In this document: in pieces, positions 22,846 through 31,800 of the stretch
Numbering within the stretch: position 1 is the first letter of the stretch
How the letters are laid out: each line of letters opens with the position of its first letter
NCBI RefSeq assembly: GCF_001997385.1
Contig: NZ_CP019633.1
Span: 1,080,001-1,112,000, forward strand
Direction of reading: 5' to 3'
Source: Sedimentisphaera cyanobacteriorum
GTDB taxonomy: Bacteria; Planctomycetota; Phycisphaerae; Sedimentisphaerales; Sedimentisphaeraceae
Length of the DNA: 32,000 nucleotides
Notes under the pieces: generated by a model
The model's database searches: none
What the model saw: only the letters and a program-made list of their open reading frames with translations
What the model was told of the DNA's origin: nothing
Made by a program: the position numbers and the translations under genes

Positions 22846-22877
22846 AAAAAGGCCTGCCTATATTGAAAGCAGGCCTT
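22846..22877 (-). terminator. Intrinsic terminator after the PEP-CTERM gene (it may also stop the convergent suhB transcript)
   Basis: AAGGCCTGC (22849..22857) pairs with GCAGGCCTT (22869..22877) across an 11-nt loop. The minus sense continues with TTTAATG. Confidence 0.6.
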
Positions 22878-22905
22878 CTCTGGTCTTATAAGCAAACCAA
22901 AAGCC

Positions 22906-23445
22906 TTATTTTTTTCTCCGGATAAGACCTAATGCTCCAAAACCCAGCAAGCCCATAGTGGCCGGTTCCGGAACTACTGTGATCTCTGTGGGATTTGAGG
23001 TATCGAGAGCCTCATCATACTGGGTATTTGTGCCTGTATAAAGCGTGGCATCCTGTCCAATAGCACCGTAAAGGTACTTATCATCAGGTGAATGGCCGTC
23101 GCTGCCGAAATCAAAATCTGAATCGTCAACGAAAGACATTGTCTCAATATCGTAGTTGATGGTGAACCAATCGTACTGCTTTGCGCCTGCAGTAACCTGT
23201 TCAAATGTTCCTAAATGCACATCTGAAGGGTTATAGAAGCTTACTGTCATACTCTCAAGAGCTGAGTAGTCGGCAGTAGTTATGCTGGAAGCACTGTCGT
23301 CATAGATCATAGTGCCAAGCATATAAAATTCATCATCACCTTCCCACGAAAGGTCAACCTCAATCTGAGCTGCTAAAGATTGCCCTGATAAAACAGCCAA
23401 CGTAAATGCAATTATCACTGCAAATCTCAAAACACTTTTGTTCAT
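22906..23445 (-). CDS. PEP-CTERM sorting-domain protein, otherwise uncharacterised
   Basis: It has a signal peptide (MNKSVLRFAVIIAFTLAVLSGQSLA). The C-terminus is VPEPATMGLLGFGALGLIRRKK, that is PEP motif, hydrophobic helix and basic tail. Confidence 0.85.
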   Translation of the reverse strand: MNKSVLRFAVIIAFTLAVLSGQSLAAQIEVDLSWEGDDEFYMLGTMIYDDSASSITTADYSALESMTVSFYNPSDVHLGTFEQVTAGAKQYDWFTINYDIETMSFVDDSDFDFGSDGHSPDDKYLYGAIGQDATLYTGTNTQYDEALDTSNPTEITVVPEPATMGLLGFGALGLIRRKK

Positions 23446-23518
23446 TTGAAAACTCCCTCGAGATCAAACCTAAAATTTGCTCAGGGCAACGTACCCTGAA
23501 CATCTAATTATCAATTTA

Positions 23519-23546
23519 ATTATAAAACCCACAATTTCGATTACAA
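23519..23546 (-). promoter_or_regulatory. Candidate sigma70-type promoter for the PEP-CTERM gene (TTGTAA-N16-TATAAT)
   Basis: Minus strand: -35 at 23546..23541 and -10 at 23524..23519. The predicted 5' UTR of about 65 nt contains a hairpin, TCAGGG/CCCTGA (23481..23499), and a GGGAG RBS. Confidence 0.5.
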
Positions 23547-23591
23547 GCTTTTTTTTGAATTTTTAACTTAATTTTGAACTTTTTCTAAAAA

Positions 23592-24806
23592 CTAACTTTT
23601 TACAAGTTTTTCTGCCAGACTCAGAGCCTGCAAACGCGTGTTTACCTCTAAATCAAGCTGGGCATGATACACTTTTTCAAGAATACCGCCTACCTCCGGG
23701 CCAGGGCTAAGCCCAAAATCAAGGAGATCCTTCCCGTTAATCAGCGGTGCTGGTAAAATTTCTTTGCCTTCAAACTCATCCTGCCTTTCTTTTATGATTT
23801 TCAGATTATCATTTAAGTCCCCGCTGAAGGACTGAAATGCCCTTTTTAATTCAAAAAGAAACTCAAATCTTTCATCTGCAATCAGCTTTCGAAATTTATG
23901 CAAAGCCATATCAGGAAAATCCAGCAAATAAAAATTATCTCTGCACCACTCAATAAGCTGAATGCTTTTGCTGCTGAGCTTGAGCTTTCGGGCAAACTGG
24001 GCTGCTTTCTGCCAATCTTCCATGAAAAGCATCAAAATACCCATTTCGAGGCTTACGGGACGGGCATAAAATTTTAGCAGGCATACCCCCCTGCTATCCT
24101 CAGTGAAATTATGCTGTAATATGCCGGACGAAAGGCCTGTTTGGATAAGAAGCTTAATACCGACAGCTGGTCTGGGGCTTAAGAATATCTTCTCCAGCTC
24201 CACAGCAATCCGTTCACTGCTTATTCTGCTAATTTTTTCAGAGAATTCGGAAACCGCTTTTAAAGTTTGCGGCTCTATTTCAAATCCCAGCTCCGCGGAA
24301 AATCGCACTGCACGAAGCATCCTAAGATAATCCTCCTCAAAACGCTCCTGAGGATTTCCGATAGTTCGTATAATCCCCTTTTCGATATCTTCCCTTCCGC
24401 CTACATAATCAAAAACTTCCTCTTCAACCGGATCAAAGAACAGGCCGTTGATTGTGAAATCTCTTCGTTTTGCATCTTCCTCAGGGTCAGTAAAAATGAT
24501 AGAATCGGGTCTTCGCCCGTCTGTATAGCCCCATTCGCTTCTGAAAGCGGCCACCTCTATCTGATGTTCTTTAATCATCACCAGAACAACGCCGAACTGA
24601 GCCCCCACAGAAACGGTTCTTCTGAAAAGTCTCTCCACCTCATCCGGACGGGCATCAGAAGCGATATCGTAGTCTTTCGGCTCCCTGCCTATAAGCATAT
24701 CACGAACGCAGCCCCCTGCATAAAAGGCAGTAAAGCCGTTGTCTCTGAGCGTTTTCAAAACCTTAAACGCTGCTTTACGGGCGGTAATGTTTTTACCTTC
24801 ACCCAA
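23592..24806 (-). CDS. cca: Class II tRNA nucleotidyltransferase (CCA-adding enzyme / poly(A) polymerase family)
   Basis: GGCVRDMLIGREPKDYDIA, RRDFTINGLF and ERFEEDYLRMLRAVRFSA blocks are present. The start lies 1 nt after the rsmD stop. Confidence 0.8.
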   Translation of the reverse strand: MGEGKNITARKAAFKVLKTLRDNGFTAFYAGGCVRDMLIGREPKDYDIASDARPDEVERLFRRTVSVGAQFGVVLVMIKEHQIEVAAFRSEWGYTDGRRPDSIIFTDPEEDAKRRDFTINGLFFDPVEEEVFDYVGGREDIEKGIIRTIGNPQERFEEDYLRMLRAVRFSAELGFEIEPQTLKAVSEFSEKISRISSERIAVELEKIFLSPRPAVGIKLLIQTGLSSGILQHNFTEDSRGVCLLKFYARPVSLEMGILMLFMEDWQKAAQFARKLKLSSKSIQLIEWCRDNFYLLDFPDMALHKFRKLIADERFEFLFELKRAFQSFSGDLNDNLKIIKERQDEFEGKEILPAPLINGKDLLDFGLSPGPEVGGILEKVYHAQLDLEVNTRLQALSLAEKLVKS

Positions 24807-24807
24807 C

Positions 24808-25407
24808 TTACTCGGTCTCCTGAGAATCGCCGCTCTTAAGTTGGAAGAAGGTTTCTGTCATATTGCCCCAGCTGCGCCGCTGACTTACTTCAAGCAGGCC
24901 GTATTGATCTTCCATTACTGACCTTTTATGCGTACGAACCAGGATTAACCCGTCTTGGGCTATTTGGCCTGCTAGGATAATCATAAGCTTGCCGATTCTC
25001 GAGTTTTGTGAGATGTCTTTTGTGGTTGGGTAAGGCGGATCGACAAAGATCAAGTCAAACTTCTCTTCTGCCGAAAGCACCGGTGCGCCGCTGCGGAAGG
25101 CATCTGCACTTACTACTTCGCATCGGTCTTGGAAACGTGCTTTCTCGATATTCTGCTCAAGGATCTCAACCACCTGCTTATCCTGCTCAACAAAGGTAAC
25201 AAAATCAGCCCCTCTGCTGAGAGCTTCAAGGCCGAGGGACCCGGTGCCGCAAAATAAATCTGCCACTTTACAGCCTCCCGGCATAGAGCAGGAATTAACA
25301 AGTATGCTGAAAACCGCTTCTTTTACTCTGTCTGTAATTGGACGCGTACTCATAGATTTGGGGCTCAGCAGCTTCATGCCGCGTCTTTCGCCCGCGATTA
25401 TTCTCAT
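24808..25407 (-). CDS. rsmD: 16S rRNA (guanine966-N2)-methyltransferase
   Basis: MRIIAGERRGMKL...TRPITDRVKEAVFSIL...DLFCGTGSLGLEALSRGA...FVDPPY is the RsmD pattern. Confidence 0.85.
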   Translation of the reverse strand: MRIIAGERRGMKLLSPKSMSTRPITDRVKEAVFSILVNSCSMPGGCKVADLFCGTGSLGLEALSRGADFVTFVEQDKQVVEILEQNIEKARFQDRCEVVSADAFRSGAPVLSAEEKFDLIFVDPPYPTTKDISQNSRIGKLMIILAGQIAQDGLILVRTHKRSVMEDQYGLLEVSQRRSWGNMTETFFQLKSGDSQETE

Positions 25408-25446
25408 AATTAGCCCCGGCTTGTAATAAAAATTAACAACGATGTT

Positions 25447-26370
25447 TTATAAGGCAAGCAAGTATTTAATCAGCGCCCGCTGGAAATGCAGGCGGTTTTC
25501 TGCCTGCTGGAATATTACAGACTGCTGGGATTCCATCACCTCGTCTGTTATCTCACAGCCCCTGTATGCAGGGAGGCAGTGCATTACGCGGCAGTCTTTG
25601 GGGGCCTTTTCCAGAAGAGCAGAATTAACCTGATAGTTCTTAAATTTTTCTATCCTCTGCTGTTTTTCGCTTTCCTGCCCCATACTCACCCAAGTATCGG
25701 TGTATATCACGTTTGCCCCTTCAACAGCCTTGAAAGGATCGCTGCACTGTGATACAGAATCAGCGCCTATATTGTTGGCCTGCTGAACAGATTCCTCATC
25801 AAGCATATGCTCAGGCGGCGCAGCAATCACAAGCTCCATCCCCAGCTTTGCGCAAGCATTGGCAAGAGAGCGGGCAACATTGTTCCCGTCTCCGATATAG
25901 GCAAATTTAACCCCGCCGAGATTGCCAAACACCTCAAGTGCTGTAAGCACATCTGCCATCGCCTGACATGGATGTGAGAAGTCTGTTAAGGCATTTATCA
26001 CCGGCACATCCCCCCATTCGGCAAGGCCTGTAACGGTGCTGTGGGCGTATGTTCTTGCCATTATGCAGTCAACATAGCCGGTGAGAACTCTTGCAAAATC
26101 CTTCACAGGCTCACGCTTTCCTATCCCGCCTGCATCTTCTTCTGTTTTAACGTAAACAGCCTGACCTCCCAGATCGATCATTGCTGTTTGAAAGCTCATT
26201 CTCGTTCTAAGGCTCGGCTTTTCAAAAAGCATAGCGAGAATTTTTCCTTCAAGGCAGAGGTCTCTGCCGCCGGATTTGTAGAGTTTTTTCAGATCAATCC
26301 CAAGCTCAAGCAGCTCTTGGAGCTGTCCCGGAGAACAATCCTTAATTGACAAAAAGTGGTCCATAATCAA
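25447..26370 (-). CDS. argF: Ornithine carbamoyltransferase
   Basis: SLRTRMSF, HPCQAMAD, DTWVSMG and HCLPAYRG are OTC signature blocks. Confidence 0.9.
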   Translation of the reverse strand: MIMDHFLSIKDCSPGQLQELLELGIDLKKLYKSGGRDLCLEGKILAMLFEKPSLRTRMSFQTAMIDLGGQAVYVKTEEDAGGIGKREPVKDFARVLTGYVDCIMARTYAHSTVTGLAEWGDVPVINALTDFSHPCQAMADVLTALEVFGNLGGVKFAYIGDGNNVARSLANACAKLGMELVIAAPPEHMLDEESVQQANNIGADSVSQCSDPFKAVEGANVIYTDTWVSMGQESEKQQRIEKFKNYQVNSALLEKAPKDCRVMHCLPAYRGCEITDEVMESQQSVIFQQAENRLHFQRALIKYLLAL

Positions 26371-26419
26371 TTTTCCGTATAAAGCATTTTAGAAATTGCC
26401 GTTAATGGCAGACTAAAAA

Positions 26420-27622
26420 CTAATCAGCATCCTCAGAATCTTTAATGAACTCACCAAGCCCCTGTTCGAAAATTTTCAGCGCTTCATGAATATTTTCTTT
26501 TGAGGCAGTCATTGAGGGCATAAACCGAATCACATTTCCCTGAGTGCAGTTTATCCTTAGCCCCTTCTCAAGGCAAATATTCACAAGCTCACTGCACTGG
26601 GCTGAAAACTGAATGCCGATCATAAGCCCTTTGCCGCGTACTGCCTGAATTACTGAGTATCTTTCGGCCATATCTTCGAGCTTTTCTGCTGCATATTCGC
26701 CCATTTTTTTTGCGTTTTCCAGCAGTCCTTCCTCCTCAATCGCCTCGAAAACGGCAATCGATGCTGCGCAAGCGAGGGAATTTCCGCCGAATGTTGAGGC
26801 GTGAGTCCCGGGTACAAGAGATGCAGCGACCTCGCTGCGTGCTGCAATTGCGCCTATAGCAACGCCTCCGCCGAGGGCTTTGGCCAGCGTTATCACATCA
26901 GGCTCAATGCCGTAATGCTGATAGCCGAACCATTGGCCTGTGCGACCCATACCCGTTTGAACCTCATCGAGAATCATAACTGCTCCATGAGCGGTGCAGA
27001 GCTCACGGATTTTGAGCATATATTCTTCTGTGGCGGGGTTGATGCCGCCTTCACCCTGTATCGGCTCGACGAGAATTGCCGCTGTTTCATCGTCGAATGT
27101 TTCTTCGAGCGCTTGTATATCATTAAACGGCACATACTTGAAGCCCGGGAGAAGCGGGAGAAAGCCCTTGTGGTGTTTTGGCTGGCCTGTCGCTGAAACC
27201 GCTGCGAAGGTCCTGCCGTGGAAGCTGTTTAGAGTTGTGATAACCTTGTATTTATCCTTGCTCGTTGCAAGGCGGGCAAGCTTGAGGGCAGCCTCGTTTG
27301 CCTCCGCTCCGCTGTTGCAGAAGAAGCACTTCCCGCCAAAGCTCTTTTTGCTTATAAGCTCGGCAAGACGCCCCTGCTGTTCTGTGTAGAAGGTGTTGTC
27401 TATATGCAGCAGCTGCTCGGCCTGCGATTTGATTGCGCTGGTAACCTTCGGGTGGCAGTGTCCTATCCCGCTGACTGCCCAGCCGGGGAACATATCGAGG
27501 ATTTTATTGCCTTCAGAATCGTAGAGCCAGTTGCCCTCGCCCTTCACAATAACCTTGCGAACGCGGCCGTAATTTGCTATCACGTATTTATCGAATAATT
27601 CTAAAACTTCCTGAGTATCCAT
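26420..27622 (-). CDS. argD: Acetylornithine aminotransferase (class III PLP aminotransferase)
   Basis: MILDEVQTGMGRTG and the TLAKALGGG PLP-Lys block are present. It sits between argB and argF. Confidence 0.85.
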   Translation of the reverse strand: MDTQEVLELFDKYVIANYGRVRKVIVKGEGNWLYDSEGNKILDMFPGWAVSGIGHCHPKVTSAIKSQAEQLLHIDNTFYTEQQGRLAELISKKSFGGKCFFCNSGAEANEAALKLARLATSKDKYKVITTLNSFHGRTFAAVSATGQPKHHKGFLPLLPGFKYVPFNDIQALEETFDDETAAILVEPIQGEGGINPATEEYMLKIRELCTAHGAVMILDEVQTGMGRTGQWFGYQHYGIEPDVITLAKALGGGVAIGAIAARSEVAASLVPGTHASTFGGNSLACAASIAVFEAIEEEGLLENAKKMGEYAAEKLEDMAERYSVIQAVRGKGLMIGIQFSAQCSELVNICLEKGLRINCTQGNVIRFMPSMTASKENIHEALKIFEQGLGEFIKDSEDAD

Positions 27623-27631
27623 AATAATTCC

Positions 27632-28504
27632 TTACTTGATAATCTGTGTGCCGATTCCTTCTTCCGTGTAAATCTCCAGAAGCAGTGAATGCTGAAGGCG
27701 GCCGTCAATTATATGGGCCTTGCCCACTCCGCCGTCTATGGCCTTAAGGCACGAATCTATCTTCGGCAGCATACCGCCAGCTATTACTCCCTTATCGATA
27801 AGACTCTTAATTTCATCTTCGCTTATCGAAGAAATCCTCGATTCAGGATCATTGATATCTTGACGAATTCCGTGGGTGTCGCTGAGCAGTACGAATTTTT
27901 CCGCTCCTACCGCTGCTGCTACCACCCCTGCAACGCTGTCTGCGTTTATATTTAGCTTCTGGCCTGCTATATCAATACCCAGCGGAGCGAGCACGGGTAT
28001 CGTACCTGCGCGGCAGAGCTTTTCGAGGAGCCTGCTGTTCACTCCTTCCACCTCGCCTACGTAGCCGAGGTCCAGCTTGCGTCCGTCTTCCTTGAGCTCC
28101 AGAGGCTTTCCTGTAACAGCGCAGCTGCTCATTGAATGCAGCCCCATTGAATCACAGCCCATCTCGGCGAGTATATCGCAAAGAGGTTTGTTCACCTCAT
28201 TTATGAGCGTATGCTCTACAATTTTCAAAGTGATACGGTCTGTATAACGCCTGCCGTGAACCCATTCTGGCTCAATTCCTGAGGTTTCCATTGCCCGCAA
28301 GATGTGTTTTCCGCCTCCGTGCACGAGAAGAGGCATTATCCCCACGGTATGCATAAATACAACATCTCTGAGAAGTTCACGCTGAAGGACTTCATCGTCC
28401 AGGATGCTTCCGCCAAGCTTTATAACGACAATCCTGCCTTTGAACTGGCGAATGTATTCCATTGCTTCAATTAAGGCTTTGGCTTTGTTTATAGCATTTT
28501 GCAT
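27632..28504 (-). CDS. argB: Acetylglutamate kinase
   Basis: VVIKLGGS, LVHGGG and NINAD amino-acid-kinase blocks are present. I prefer the ATG at 28504 (GGGGA 6 nt upstream) over the ORF-track TTG at 28537. Confidence 0.9.
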   Translation of the reverse strand: MQNAINKAKALIEAMEYIRQFKGRIVVIKLGGSILDDEVLQRELLRDVVFMHTVGIMPLLVHGGGKHILRAMETSGIEPEWVHGRRYTDRITLKIVEHTLINEVNKPLCDILAEMGCDSMGLHSMSSCAVTGKPLELKEDGRKLDLGYVGEVEGVNSRLLEKLCRAGTIPVLAPLGIDIAGQKLNINADSVAGVVAAAVGAEKFVLLSDTHGIRQDINDPESRISSISEDEIKSLIDKGVIAGGMLPKIDSCLKAIDGGVGKAHIIDGRLQHSLLLEIYTEEGIGTQIIK

Positions 28505-28556
28505 AAAAGTTCCCCAAATTAAGCCTCTTGCCGGCAAGCCTGAAATCGCCGGCGCA

Positions 28557-28570
28557 TAATTAATTATTCA
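28557..28570. promoter_or_regulatory. ARG-box-like AT-rich palindromic site upstream of argB
   Basis: TAATTAATTATTCA matches 12 of 14 positions of the core TGAATAATTATTCA as I recall it. It contains the perfect 12-bp palindrome ATAATTAATTAT (28558..28569) and lies 53 nt upstream of the argB ATG. Confidence 0.25.
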
Positions 28571-28581
28571 TAAATGAAAAA

Positions 28582-28653
28582 AGCCAGCGGTGGGATTTGA
28601 ACCCACGACCGCTGGTTTACAAAACCAGTGCTCTACCACTGAGCTACGCTGGC
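28582..28653 (-). tRNA. tRNA-Thr (anticodon UGU)
   Basis: The cloverleaf was folded by hand: acceptor GCCAGCG/CGCTGGC, D arm GCTC-AGTGGTA-GAGC, anticodon arm CTGGT-TTTGTAA-ACCAG, 5-nt variable loop, T arm GTGGG-TTCAAAT-CCCAC, discriminator T. It is 72 nt and the 3' CCA is not encoded, since TTTTT follows. Confidence 0.95.
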
Positions 28654-28682
28654 ATTCCGGCTTTTTTCTTGAGAGAAGTGGA

Positions 28683-28710
28683 ATTCTATAATTTCACAAT
28701 ATCTTTTCAA
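28683..28710 (-). promoter_or_regulatory. Candidate promoter for tRNA-Thr (TTGAAA-N16-TAGAAT)
   Basis: Minus strand: -35 at 28710..28705 and -10 at 28688..28683, about 30 nt upstream of the mature tRNA 5' end. Confidence 0.4.
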
Positions 28711-28792
28711 GAAGATTTTTGAGAAAAATCACACGCTGCAAGATTCGCAAGTTGTAATTGCTCAATTTGTTGAATTCGACAAGGCAGTTAGC

Positions 28793-30520
28793 TCAGTATT
28801 TCTGGAGCTCGCTGGGTATATACCACTCTTTGATGTTCACCCCGAGCTTATGAATCTTCACGCCTTTAATTCGATTGTTCATAAACGCAATTGAAGGCCT
28901 TACGAACATAAATGTGTATGGTTGGTCTTCGTTGATGATTTTGTGGAAGCGGTGATACAGGCGGTTTCGTTTTTCATCATCGAGTGTTCTTCTGGCCTCT
29001 TCAAGGATTTCATCGACAGTCTCGTTTTTATAGCCGATGTAATTCGAACCGCCCTTTGCGATCTGGCTTGAATGCCAGATCTGGTAAGGGTCTGTTTCCA
29101 CATCGCCCTGCCAGGCGAGGGTTGTTGCCTCGAAATCCTTGTTATGCAGCCTGTCGAGGAAAACCGACCATTCGAATGGATCAACCTCCATAATGATACC
29201 CGCCTGAGAAAACTGGTCTTTAAGCACTTTTGCAGTCTGTTCAGTAATCGGCGAGCCGCTGACAATCATAAGCTTAAACTTAAATTCTCGTCCGTTTTTA
29301 TCTCTGATACCGTTGCCGTTTGTATCTTTCCAGCCTGCCTCACTGAGCAGTTCTCGTGCCTTGTCGGGATTGAATTCGAGAGGCTCAACATTCGGGTTGC
29401 ACTGTGGACTTCCCGGGCTGAAAGGCCCGCTTACAATGCCTACAAGACCTTCCCAGATATGGTCTTTAATCTTCTCTCTGTCTATCAGATGTGTTAATGC
29501 ATTTCTTACTTTGCTGTCTTGGAAAAGCTCGCATTCAAAGTTCCATGAAACGTATGTGTAGCTGTTGTCTGGAATGAGATATTTATATATGTTGAATTTT
29601 TTCTTGAACTGCTCGTCATCCTTATAGCTTGTGTACTGCTCTGGAAGAGGAGCCATAACATCAATCTGACCGGATTTCAATGCAGTTAGGGCAGCCATAT
29701 CATTGCTTATAAATTTATATATAAGCTTTTCGAAATTAACGCCTTCTCCCCAGTAGTTTTCATTTTTCTCGAGTACAATCTTATCCCCGACATCCCACTG
29801 ACCGAAAACAAACGGGCCGCTGCCGACAGGGTCTGAAATATTCGAGTTGAAATCCTGAGCATCTTCATACTCGTAGATATGCTTTGGCACAATCGGCGTT
29901 TCACCTATCATACCGAATGCGAGGAAGTAAGGACGTTTCATATGGAAAACAACTGTTCTCTCATTAACAATCTCGCAGCTTTTGAAATCAACGAAGTAAT
30001 TCCTTATATTTGCAGCGTCGATTTCAACGTCCATTATTGTTTCGTAAGTAAATTTCACATCCTCGGCTGTAACCGGCTCGCCGTCTGAGAACCAGATATC
30101 CTCCTTCAGACGGAATTCTATCTTCAGCCCGTCTTCCGATATATCCCAGCTCTCTGCGAGAAGGGGCTGATATTCAAGGCTGTCGCGGTTACGCCTGACA
30201 AGGGTTTCAAATACAAAGCAGTTTTTCGAGCCAACAATAGTATCTGCATAGGCGTCTTTTGAGGTAATGGGGTTTAGAGTGGGAGGTTCAGAACTTAATC
30301 TCCATATAAGCCAGCCGCCGTCTTTTGCAGAAGCCTGAGCCGAATCGGTATCAGAAGCCGGGCGATATACCCTGCTGTTTTTTCCCGAGACCTTCTTTTC
30401 AAGCTGATTAACCCTCTCAAAGAGCCTGTCGGACTGTTTCATCTCAAGCCCCTGGAGGAATACAAGAATAAGCAGAATCAATACTACAAAGAACTTAAAG
30501 ACGCTGGACTTTCCCGTCAT
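28793..30520 (-). CDS. ABC transporter substrate-binding protein, family 5 (peptide/nickel type)
   Basis: 575 aa with an N-terminal hydrophobic anchor. Overall similarity is to the OppA/DppA-type SBP_bac_5 fold (for example LIWRLSSEPPTLNP, GPFVFGQW, NENYWGE). An RBS (GGAAGG) lies 7 nt upstream. Confidence 0.8.
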   Translation of the reverse strand: MTGKSSVFKFFVVLILLILVFLQGLEMKQSDRLFERVNQLEKKVSGKNSRVYRPASDTDSAQASAKDGGWLIWRLSSEPPTLNPITSKDAYADTIVGSKNCFVFETLVRRNRDSLEYQPLLAESWDISEDGLKIEFRLKEDIWFSDGEPVTAEDVKFTYETIMDVEIDAANIRNYFVDFKSCEIVNERTVVFHMKRPYFLAFGMIGETPIVPKHIYEYEDAQDFNSNISDPVGSGPFVFGQWDVGDKIVLEKNENYWGEGVNFEKLIYKFISNDMAALTALKSGQIDVMAPLPEQYTSYKDDEQFKKKFNIYKYLIPDNSYTYVSWNFECELFQDSKVRNALTHLIDREKIKDHIWEGLVGIVSGPFSPGSPQCNPNVEPLEFNPDKARELLSEAGWKDTNGNGIRDKNGREFKFKLMIVSGSPITEQTAKVLKDQFSQAGIIMEVDPFEWSVFLDRLHNKDFEATTLAWQGDVETDPYQIWHSSQIAKGGSNYIGYKNETVDEILEEARRTLDDEKRNRLYHRFHKIINEDQPYTFMFVRPSIAFMNNRIKGVKIHKLGVNIKEWYIPSELQKY

Positions 30521-30557
30521 TTGAGAGCCTTCCCGTGATTATGTCAGTTTACCCGGT

Positions 30558-31601
30558 TCAGATGCCTAAGCTTTTTGGAGCCTGCCCGGAGGGGTAAGTG
30601 AAGCCGAGCTGCTGAGGCAGAAGTCCTTCAGTGTCGGCGCCTCCGAAAACCTTGGTGTAGCTTTCCTGAAGAGCCTGATAATCCTGCTTTCCTATTGCGG
30701 ATGTTATAGAGGAATCGTTTATCCCTAAATCAGGCAGGATATTTTTTTCAATCTCACTTATAAGAGCGGCCAGCTGCGCCTTGCTCTTTGCCTCAAGCAT
30801 ATTGTCGGGGCTTAGTGCAATGGAATATTTTTCAACTATGTAAGCAAAAGTTTGGGCGAAAGGTTCTTTCAGGCTGTCGCTGCCTGTCTGAATCCTTGAG
30901 GCGGCAGCTTTGAACAGCTCAGCATCGCAATACTCATTCCTCGCCTCGCCCTTTGAATAAATTTCCATCCTGTTATTCATAAGGCTCTCAAGCATTTGGT
31001 CTGCAGCATCATTATTGAGCTCAACGCAGAGCTTGGAGAGAATTCTTCCTACAAGAGCGGTATCTTCCTGATTAGCCATCTCTCTGAGATCTGCTAAAAG
31101 CTCTTCAGCGCCTTGTCCGCCCTGCTTTATAGTGCTGATATTATTCGGGGTTAGACAGATTTTTACCGCCCAGTATCTTGAAGAAGGCTGAGAAGACTTT
31201 GAAAGAGAGCGGGCGAACTGGAAAAACTCAGAACTGTCAAGCTGGGAAGCCATCCTCGCCATCATAACCTGAAAACCCGCTGCGAAAGTCTTGTCTTCCC
31301 AAGTGTCAACTACATTCATTACTGAAGCAATATTTTCCTTGAGAGTTTGGGCAAACTGACTCTTATACTGCTGCTGGTCTTCTTTGGGCTTTCTTAGAGT
31401 AAGCTGGTCCATAGCCTTTACTGCCCCTGAGAGGTCGTCAGCATTGAGCATTTCATCAAACTGCTGGTCTATAAAAGCCGCAAGGGTTTGAGCATCTTCT
31501 TCACTTAGAGAAGATTTAGCTCGAATGTCATCAATCTGTTTTGTTGTTACAGCAAATGAACAGCCTGCAGCAAGCAGGATAATAATAAGTTTTCTAAACA
31601 T
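30558..31601 (-). CDS. Hypothetical helical lipoprotein
   Basis: The ORF has the signal peptide MFRKLIIILLAAGC, with lipobox LAAG-C. I prefer the ATG at 31601 or 31604 (GAGG upstream) over the ORF-track start at 31640. I recognise no family. Confidence 0.6.
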   Translation of the reverse strand: MFRKLIIILLAAGCSFAVTTKQIDDIRAKSSLSEEDAQTLAAFIDQQFDEMLNADDLSGAVKAMDQLTLRKPKEDQQQYKSQFAQTLKENIASVMNVVDTWEDKTFAAGFQVMMARMASQLDSSEFFQFARSLSKSSQPSSRYWAVKICLTPNNISTIKQGGQGAEELLADLREMANQEDTALVGRILSKLCVELNNDAADQMLESLMNNRMEIYSKGEARNEYCDAELFKAAASRIQTGSDSLKEPFAQTFAYIVEKYSIALSPDNMLEAKSKAQLAALISEIEKNILPDLGINDSSITSAIGKQDYQALQESYTKVFGGADTEGLLPQQLGFTYPSGQAPKSLGI

Positions 31602-31638
31602 CATATACCTCATTAAAATATTCTGGCAATCGGGTATC

Positions 31639-31668
31639 ATATTATCAATTTTTGTCGCTCTTTGTGAA
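31639..31668 (-). promoter_or_regulatory. Candidate promoter for the lipoprotein-SBP operon (TTCACA-N18-TAATAT)
   Basis: Minus strand: -35 at 31668..31663 and -10 at 31644..31639. The long spacer makes this weak. Confidence 0.3.
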
Positions 31669-31740
31669 GATATTTTATTTAATTCTTTGCTTACATCCAG
31701 AAAAAACCTTCGCTCTTCGGGAGAATATAGCGTATTTTTG

Positions 31741-31768
31741 TTGCATTAGAAGGAATAAAAATTATAAT
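31741..31768 (+). promoter_or_regulatory. Candidate sigma70-type promoter for rpsO (TTGCAT-N16-TATAAT)
   Basis: TTGCAT lies at 31741..31746 and TATAAT at 31763..31768, about 100 nt upstream of the rpsO ATG. Confidence 0.45.
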
Positions 31769-31800
31769 TTCCACACAGATTAGCAAGCTTTGAAGGCTTA

